Positions 41,611 through 49,651 of a stretch of DNA of 64,000 bases are shown here, in pieces; position 1 is the first letter of the stretch; every line of letters starts with the position of its first letter. Origin of the DNA: Eledone cirrhosa (lineage: Eukaryota); the NCBI GenBank assembly GCA_964016885.1, contig OZ024741.1, positions 25,854,001-25,918,000 of the forward strand, read 5' to 3'. The notes beneath the pieces are model-generated. The model saw only the letters and a program-made list of their open reading frames with translations. It was not told where the DNA came from and did not search any database. The translations under genes were made by a program, and so were the position numbers.

Positions 41611-41762
41611 AATATGGTTTTATAAATATAGTTTCCATTTATTTAATATTGTAAATATACTCCAAATATTTGTCGAGTGCTTTTATATCAGTTATAAATA
41701 TTTACTAGTTGTAACCCAACAATTTAAATATAACTTTCCATATATATATATATATATATATA

Positions 41763-42347
41763 TAATAAAATGGGGAGAAAAATACTGCTGGTAGCACATG
41801 GATAACATGTAATAAAATAAGTCCCTCATCAGTGATTTGCCGACGATCATAGATATTTCATTGCATTAAAAATCATATACCTCACGTCGGTGCAATAATA
41901 ACTAAATTAAGTTATTAGGACAATTAAAACGCGTAAAGCGAGTGAGACAAGAAAACAACAAAGAGTAGAACTAACCGTAGAAGGAAGGAGACAAGCTTCA
42001 TAGTTATTCTGTTAGCATAAGCTAGGTGAATATATGAGCGCTTAGAAAACAGACCTTTCACGAACGAATGCAATGTGAGAAAAGAGAGAAATTGCTTTCT
42101 TCGCGAACGGGGTGAAGTGAGGAGAGGAGAAACAGTGAGTGAGTGAGTGGAAGTGTGAGGAAGAGTTAACTCACATGACAGAGGGGGCGAAAGAAAGTAG
42201 GAGAAACAGAGAGAATGGAGGAGCAGTAAGAGAGAGAGAGAGAGAGAAAAACAGAATCGCAGTTTGGGTAAATATATGTAATAAAATGGGGAGAAAAATA
42301 CTGCTGGTAGCACATGGATAACATGTAATAAAATAAGTCCCTCATCA
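41763..42347 (-). mobile_element. Short non-coding element with 69-bp direct terminal repeats; probable Penelope pLTR/retrozyme-like remnant
   Basis: 41763-41831 is identical to 42279-42347 and both ends abut (TA)n. The minus strand has CTGATGAGGG at 41832-41823. Confidence 0.55.
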
Positions 42348-42444
42348 ATATATATATATATATATATATATATAGGCACCTCTTAACCCAATATACATGC
42401 CACCCCACACACCTTACTCCACCCTCCCATTTCTGTCCACTGCA

Positions 42445-42657
42445 AAGGGGTCGTGTAGGTGACACGACAAAAAGCATCCAGTCCACACTGTAAAGTGGTT
42501 GGTGTTAGGAAGGGCATCCAGCTGTAGAAATCAAGCCAAAATCAGTTATGTATGAACAAGACATGGTCACCTGACTTGGCATTGCCCACATGAGAACAAC
42601 TCATATAACCCATGATAGCGTGGAACAATGGATGTAAAACGGTTATGATGATGATGA
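42445..42657 (+). mobile_element. RTE-tail/SINE 3' fragment
   Basis: CACGACAAAAAGCA.CCAGTCCACACTGTAAAGTGGTTGGTGTTAGGAAGGGCATCC...GATGATGATG. Confidence 0.7.
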
Positions 42658-42973
42658 ATATGGACGAGTTGTTAAATTTTCATTACATTTATTGAGGTGT
42701 GACATGTGTTCCCCTATTGATCAGCTCATGGTTCGATCTGTATCGATCAGGCCTGACTCTGGAATCAAAAGCTCATCAGACTTCTGTTATGGTAATTACA
42801 CTCTCCTTAGTATAACACCAAAATACCTACTGGAGACTACGCATCGAGTGCTCACTTTGGTGAACCTATAGTAACTTGACGTTACAATCCGTAAACTATA
42901 TATATATATAAGGCAGAACACTGGGAGGTAATATCCGTAGTAGTAGAGCACTCAGTCCATGGGACGAGTTTGG

Positions 42974-43122
42974 TAGAAGTGGTAACACAACAGTTAGTTC
43001 ACCATACCGGGAACAATTGTTTTACCTTATGCGGATCTTCAGCTCGGACTCAGCTGAAGATCCGCATAAGGTGAAACAATTGTCCTCGGTATGGTGAACT
43101 AACTGTTGTGTTACTACTTCTA
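42974..43122. repeat. Fold-back inverted repeat (~70-bp arms, 7-nt loop) made from two head-to-head hammerhead-bearing pLTR fragments
   Basis: Arms 42974-43044 and 43052-43122 are near-perfect reverse complements. The fragment is flanked by (TA)n at ~42897-42910 and 43121-43132. Confidence 0.88.
43052..43089 (+). ncRNA. Minimal Penelope-type hammerhead core (stem I shortened)
   Basis: AG-CUGAAGA-UCCGCAUAAGGU-GAAA-CAAUUG-UC-CUCGG, with palindromic stem III and a GUC site at 43082-43084. The opposite arm supplies the ancestral CCGAG stem I strand. Confidence 0.62.
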
Positions 43123-43534
43123 TATATATATAATCGAAAGTCAGGTTTTTTAATATGATCCATACAAAATATAGGAAAAAGAAGTTGAAAATGCAATTGG
43201 AGTCTTTAAGGAGGTTTATTTACAATAATTTATGACTTTACTGGTTTCAGAAGTTTCATGATTTTCAAAAATCAAGAGAGATGGAGGGATGTGTGGCTAT
43301 ACCACCATATTGACTCGTATACAAAATGTTCATGTAAATAAACATGACATAGCCAGATAGATACATGACTGGGGTTGTATCTGTCATGCTGGGTCAAAAC
43401 ATTACTATCTCTTGTTATTTAGAGCCCGCCAGCTTTTACTCTGTATGCAAATGAGCTTTACCAGCTGATGTTCATAAGCATAAATACTACAAGCTTTATA
43501 GCTTATTTTCGTCTTAGCATCCAAGCAGTGTTAG

Positions 43535-43576
43535 CCCTGCTGAAGATGGTTAAGGAACCAGAATTGACCATTAGGG
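43535..43576 (+). ncRNA. Degenerate hammerhead ribozyme motif
   Basis: CCCUG-CUGAAGA-UGGUU(aagg)AACCA-GAAU-UGACCA-UU-AGGG. Stems I and II are intact, but GAAA reads GAAU and stem III is imperfect. Confidence 0.5.
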
Positions 43577-44392
43577 TGCTCTCCCTTCATTGCTAAAAAC
43601 CAGTGGTGAATTTTACCTCTTATAAAATTCATAGCAAAGCTGTAAAAATGTTTTTTTACATAAACATTATATTTATGATTCAATATAGAACTCCAGTCAC
43701 ATATCAACTATGCTATGTCAGAGTATTACTATCTCTCATATATACAGAGAAACTTCAGTTCATGAACTCCTCTCATCATGAAAAATTAGTTCACAAACAT
43801 GAGTAACAAACACACAAGCCAGCTACAACTGTTGGCAACAAGCTAGGAGTATTGGCAAGAAAGTGTCACTTGCTGTTTAGTTAGTTACTATGGTGATGTC
43901 TATCTGTCTTTCACACACAGTCTTTCTTACACAGTCTTTCTCTCACTGTAACTCTCTCTCAACATTTTGTATGGGAAAAATAGCTTTGGTTTACAAACAT
44001 TTCGGGTGATGAATGGCCTTCAAGAACAAATTAAGTTTGTGAACCGAGGCTCCATGCTCTCTATATATATACACACACACTCACACACTCTCTCTCACTC
44101 TCTCTCTCTCTCATTGTCATTTAGTAGCTGTTTTCCCTGCTAGGAAGGGTTGGATATGTTGTCACAGATCGGTCAGTACTCAAGCAGAGCTTGATGTACT
44201 GTATTCTAGAGATTTCTCTGATAGGCCAAGAGGATTTGCATCTTGCTTACACATGATCACATACACTACAGAGTGTATTTTATCATGGCACCAGCACGAG
44301 GGAGGTTGTCAGGTCTCTGACACAGCTGAAGAGTCCTCCAACACTGTTATATATATATATATACATATATCGCAAAGATAGAACTTTTAGTG

Positions 44393-44525
44393 TTCCTCTG
44401 AAGAGAAGGAATGTACAATTAGGACTATATATCTACACCTGTATATACAGACACAGATTATGTAAAATGTTTCATAACATTTCAAATAAGTGGATGTACA
44501 ACTCTTTTGAAACATGTGTAAGGAA
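44393..44525 (+). ncRNA. Type I hammerhead ribozyme with long stem II, in a pLTR fragment between (TA)n tracts
   Basis: Stem I UUCCU/AGGAA, core CUGAAGA (44398-44404), stem II GAAGGA/UCUUUU plus UGUACA/UGUACA enclosing ~75 nt, GAAA (44509-44512), stem III CAUGUG. Predicted cleavage after GUA (44520). Confidence 0.72.
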
Positions 44526-44899
44526 ATATCGTTTTCTAAATGATAGAAGTTAATTTTTCCATTGATATACTTGTTTATACCTATCTATATATATATATAT
44601 ATACATATATACACACACATATATATATGTATATACACAAATACATATACACACACACCTCTATACACAGATACATATATATATTCATACACATACACAC
44701 ATTTACACATGCAGACTCATAAAAAATGGTCCATTGAAGCACATTGTTGTGTATTGTGACATTGTAATGCAACTTGTCAGCCACTCCTGCTTCTGTTGTC
44801 ATAGTGATTAAAGCTATAAAAATACTTCAATACTTCATGTTAACGTTCTAATCTAGAAATATTCAATTTAATTCATGTAATTGCATAAAAATCCTCAGC

Positions 44900-45387
44900 C
44901 TACTTATTCCTGAGTGGGTCATGTGAACACAGTCCTCAAACACTCCTTCCAGCAGGTCCCATCAGAAGCAACCATCTCCAATTGAACCAGTTGAATCCCC
45001 AAGTGAGACCATCCAAACTCATGGATGTTATCTAACCATATTGTTCAAGATCTACCCCTGAGTCTCCTACCGGTTGGTTTTACCCATAAAATCTGTCTAG
45101 CGATTCTTTCCTGAGACATTCTAACCACATGTCCATAGTATCAGAGCTGTGATCTCACAATTCAGAGAAGTAGCGGCTCTACCTGGAGTGGCTCAATGAT
45201 CTCTGAGCTACGCATTCTATTGAGTAATGCTTCAGAAGAATCTCATTTTGGCCACTTGTAAGTGTTGGCACGAATACTGAATTGAAGTTAACAAGTTTGG
45301 CTTTTACACCTATCTCCCTTCTTCTGATGACTGAATGCTGAAGCTGGTGCATTACTGCACCAGCTCCTGCAGTTCTTGCACTTACCA
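44900..45387 (-). mobile_element. Degenerate RTE LINE, 3' part
   Basis: The minus frame gives AVMHQLQHSVIRRREIGVKAKLVNFNSVFVPTLT (RTE post-RT region). It continues at 46135-46470. Confidence 0.75.
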
Positions 45388-46130
45388 TATATACTTAAAT
45401 ATAAGCTGATCTTTTATGTCTGAGAAATGGGCAAAAATCCAAACCCTGTTTATAAGCTGAGACAGCTGAACAACACATTGTTTAGATGGTGTGGTTTTGA
45501 AATTCTCGTGTGTGAAATATAGTTATGAAGTTTTAATATTTTGGTGTTTAAAATATTTTAAGTGTCGTTTAGAGTATAGTTTTCTTTTACAACTGCATTA
45601 TGTAATGTGTATCTATTATGTTAAGTTTCAACAGGTTTCTTGAATTTTAGTTTACTTCCAGCCACTCACATGCTAGGAGTGCTTTGAAGGCAAAAGATTG
45701 AATAAGAGAACTTTGTATAGAGATTCATGGAGTAGCAGGAGAGAGAGGAAAAGAGAGGCCAAGAGCGAGAAAGGCGAGAGAGTGAAAGCAATAAAATCAA
45801 ATCAGAAGTAAAAATAAAAGAAAAAATATTGTCAAAGAAAAACGTGCGTGTGTGCTCATGTGCATGTGTGAGTGTATATGTATGGGATATTTATGTATTA
45901 AAAAGTTCAAATTATAAACTTTTGTTGGAATTCTTCCCAAGGGAATGCATAAATAACACTAATGACGATGTAGAAAATGTAGAAAAACAATGTTTCATTG
46001 TAAAATAATCACTCCAGATATTTTAGCACCTTATTGATGTAGAATCTGAAGTTGGTGAAACTTGTCAAAATATTGACTCCAAATATATATTTTTTTATCA
46101 CATATTTCTCAGCTTATATTTGATTATATA
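45388..46130. mobile_element. Non-autonomous DNA transposon (~740 bp, 22-bp imperfect TIRs) inserted into the RTE copy
   Basis: TATATACTTAAATATAAGCTGA (45388-45409) versus TCAGCTTATATTTGATTATATA (46109-46130). It interrupts colinear RTE sequence. Confidence 0.6.
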
Positions 46131-46134
46131 CGGT

Positions 46135-46470
46135 AATTCAGCTTCCTGCTTCCATCACTAGTAAACATAGCCTCAAGATGCTTGAACTTCGGTGGAAATC
46201 TTCTCTTATGTAGTGTACTGTTCAGGCTTCCTTGAGAGGATAAGGGTCTCAGTCTTCACAGCACAGATTTTCATTCCAACCATGCAACATTCAGCATCAA
46301 ACCTATCAAGTACATGTTTGAGGTAGTACCTTGTCATCAGCAAATTCCAGCTGACTGATCCTACACCTGCCAGCAGTGACATCACTCCCAACCCAGCTGC
46401 ACATGTCAATTCTGTCCATGAAAATAATGAACAGGAGAGGTCCTTTGGTGGAGTCTGACTCCCACGTTAA
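46135..46470 (-). mobile_element. Degenerate RTE LINE, RT domain fragment
   Basis: PLLFIIFMDRI..ISQLEFADD and LDRFDAECCMVGMKICAVKTETLILSR. Confidence 0.78.
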
Positions 46471-46756
46471 ATGGTTTAAACTTAGCACCATTTATCTGAA
46501 CACCCTCTTATATCTTACACCTTGCCAAGAAGATGTAAACATAATTACATCTTCAAAAAGATGCTTCATCCATTTACCTTTGCTGAATATAGACTTGTCC
46601 ATGTGATGATGATGGTGGTGGTGGTGGTGATGATATGTATATATGACAGGTTTCTTACAGTTTCCATTTACTAAATTCACTCAGATGGCATTGGATGTCC
46701 CGAGACACTTGCCCAAGGTTCCACATAATGGAATAGAAATCAAAACCACTGTACTG

Positions 46757-47865
46757 ACTGTGTGTACATGTAGACATGTATGCATGTATGTGTATCAAGT
46801 ATGTACATATCTATATGTGTATGTATGTGTTGGTACATACATGTATATATATATATGTGTGTGTTGATACATACATGTATATGTATGTGTTATGTGTTGG
46901 TACATACATGTATATGTATGTATGTGTTATGTGTTGGTACATACATGTATATATATATGCATGTGTGTGTAAAGTACATTCATGTCTAGGTATGTATGTA
47001 TGTGTCAGTGTATATATGTACATGTCACTGTATATATGTACATGTCTGTGTATGTACGAGGGCAATCCCAAAAGTAAGGTCTCCTTCCGATATTGCAACT
47101 TCTGTTAAAATCCTGTGGATGGTGCTTCAGGAAACCTCAGGAACCAAAATGCAGAGTGATCCGCCGATCTTTACGCATGTTTTCCTCGGAAGGAGACCTT
47201 ACTTTTGGGATTGCCCTCTATATAATAACTGCGCAAAATTCTCACTTGGCGGTAGCATTCAACGGGAGCTCCATTCTCAACGGCTGCCAAGCCAAGATTG
47301 AGCATCCCAGCGAAGCGCGCGCATGCTTGTTTGGGAGTGAAGGAAGCACCAATCACAACAGTGTTGCCAACAGCCGTACGAACAGTTTCTCTGCGTCCCC
47401 ATCGCTTTGGAGACCTTACTTTTGGGATTACCCTCGTATATGTCTATGTATGTATGTACATGTCTGTGTATATATGTATGTACATGTATGTATGTGTGTG
47501 TATGTATATATGTACATGTATGTGTGTGTATGTATATGTATGTATATATATGTACATGTCAGTGTATGTATATATGTACATGTCAGTGTATGTACATGTC
47601 TATGTATGTTTATATATTTGTACATGTCTGTGTATGTATGTACTTGTCTGTGTATATATGTACATGTCTGTGTATATATGTACATGTCTGTGTATATATG
47701 TACATGTCTGTGTATATATGTTTCTGTCTGTGTATGTATGTATATTTGTTATGTCTGTGTATGTATGTACTTGTCTATGTATATAGGTATGTACTTGTAA
47801 GTGTGTGTATGTAGGCATGTACTTGTGTGTGTGTAGGTAGCTATGTATGTATCTATGTATGTATG
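46757..47865. repeat. (TG/TA)/ATGTAC low-complexity tract hosting the mariner MITE
   Basis: Directly visible. Confidence 0.85.
47057..47436. mobile_element. Mariner-type MITE with one left and two right TIRs
   Basis: Left TIR TA|CGAGGGCAATCCCAAAAGTAAGGTCTCC (47057). Right TIRs GGAGACCTTACTTTTGGGATTGCCCTC|TA (47192-47218) and GGAGACCTTACTTTTGGGATTACCCTCG|TA (47409-47436). Confidence 0.85.
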
Positions 47866-48071
47866 TCACTAACAACAAACACCATTCCATTGTTCACTGT
47901 TAGATCAATTCTAAGAGAATGTCTCAGACATTTCCAAACCTATGTTGACACACAAATAACACCACTGCTGCCAGTAATACTAATAAATAAAGACAAGGCA
48001 AAGACATTAACAGCATAAATAACTCTTGACAGCTGGTAGTGAGCTGGGAATTCTGGGATACTTCATTGTGT

Positions 48072-48864
48072 CACCACCAATACTACCAATACCATCAATA
48101 CCATCACCAGTTCCACCACTTCTACCATTAATATCATCGCCGCTGCCACCATCAACAAAAATAACACCACCACCAACACTATCATTGTCACCACCAACAC
48201 CACCACCAACACCAACACTATCATTGTCACCACCAACACCAACACCACCACTAACACCAACACCAACACCACCACTAACACCAACACTACCACTACCACC
48301 AACACCAATACCACCACCACCAACACCAACACCAACACCACCACTAACACCAACACCAACACTACCACTACCACCAACACCAATACCACCACTACCACCA
48401 ACACCAATACCACCACCACCAACACCAATACCACCACCACCACCAACACCAATACCACCACCACCACCACCAACACCCCCACCAACACCAACACTATCAT
48501 TGTCACCACCAACACCACCACTAACACCAACACCAACACTACCACTACCACCAACACCAATACCACCACTACCACCAACACCAATACCACCACCACCAAC
48601 ACCAATACCACCACCACCAACACCAATACCACCACCACCCCCACCAACACCAACACTATCATTGTCACCACCAACACCAACACTAACACCAACACCACCA
48701 CTACCACCAACACCAACACTAACACCAACACCAACACCACCACTAACACCAACACCAACACTACCACCAACACCAATACCACCACTACCACCAACACCAA
48801 TACCACCACCACCAACACCAATACCACCACCACCAATACCCCCCACCCCCACCCCCACCCCCCA
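48072..48864. repeat. (CCAACA/CCA)n C/A-rich repeat
   Basis: Directly visible. Confidence 0.9.
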
Positions 48865-49014
48865 CAAGCTGTAATAGATGTCACAGTTTGGCCTGTCTGA
48901 CCTGTTTAAATCTTATTTCCATCTCAGAAGAGAACAGTTGTTACATTGGAAGCAGAATCCCTCTCTCTTTCTCTCTCTCTCCATTTATATATATATTATA
49001 TACATAAATACATA

Positions 49015-49362
49015 TCATCATCATCATCATCATCATCATCATTTTACGTCCACTTTTCCCTGCTTGCAAGGGTGGGACGGGAACTGTTTCTGGCTTGATT
49101 TCTACAGCTGGATGCCCTTCCTAACACCAACCTCATTTACAGTGAGTGCTGGGTGCTTTTTTTCCGTGGCACCTCCACGACCACTTTGCAGTGGAATGAT
49201 AGAGACCCCAGACCCTATCATCTCATTTCTACAGCTGAGTAAACTGGAGCAATGTGAAATAAAGTGTCTTGCTCAAGGAAACAACACATCACCCGGTCTG
49301 AGAATTGAACTCACAACCTTTCGATTGCAAGCCCAATGCTCTAACCACTAAGCCATGTGCCT
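49015..49362 (-). mobile_element. RTE-tail fragment (49015-49190) plus tRNA-derived CORE-like SINE (49225-49362)
   Basis: (CAT)n, then GGATGCCCTTCCTAACACCAACC. Next comes AGCTGAGTAAACTGGAGCA..GTGTCTTGCTCAAGG..GAATTGAACTC..CTAACCACTAAGCCA (reverse A/B boxes). Confidence 0.72.
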
Positions 49363-49651
49363 CCACATATATATATATATATACATTGTACACACACCTA
49401 TACATTTACATTGGCACATACATACATGCATAGACTTACATGTATATACGTTATGCATTTATATACATAAATACTCATATACATACCTATACACATACTT
49501 ACACACACTACACACATACATGCACATATACATACATACATGCACACAGATGTTCATACTTACCATACATACACAGACATGTAAACTATTATTATCACCC
49601 TCATCAAACCTACATCAATTTTATATGTTGACATGGACAAGATAGATAGGT

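Larger units (their letters stand above)
37406..41741 (-). mobile_element. Near-complete Penelope-like retroelement (Naiad-like) with inverted 5' pseudo-LTR, inserted in (TA)n
   Basis: RT plus GIY-YIG ORF at 41073-38859. 37406-37903 and 41166-41653 are near-identical inverted copies, each with a hammerhead. (TA)n runs abut both ends. Confidence 0.92.

Noticed and set aside
37406-41653. DNA transposon with ~490-bp TIRs
   Set aside because: The internal ORF is RT plus GIY-YIG, and the right arm extends asymmetrically into the leader. This is an inverted pLTR, not a TIR pair.
42715-42790. Minus-strand CTGATGAG at ~42779-42772 as a hammerhead
   Set aside because: No GAAA with a pairing stem II could be found downstream.
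43735-44056. Possible old Tigger/pogo-like MITE ending TTTGTGAACCGAGGCTCCA
   Set aside because: No clear matching TIR pair or TSD, and too degenerate to call.
48007-48884. Pro/Thr-rich (extensin-like) or Gly/Val-rich ORFs; likewise poly-T/P/V/Y ORFs at 3.1-6.4 kb and 10.7-11.4 kb
   Set aside because: Microsatellite translations open in several frames on both strands.
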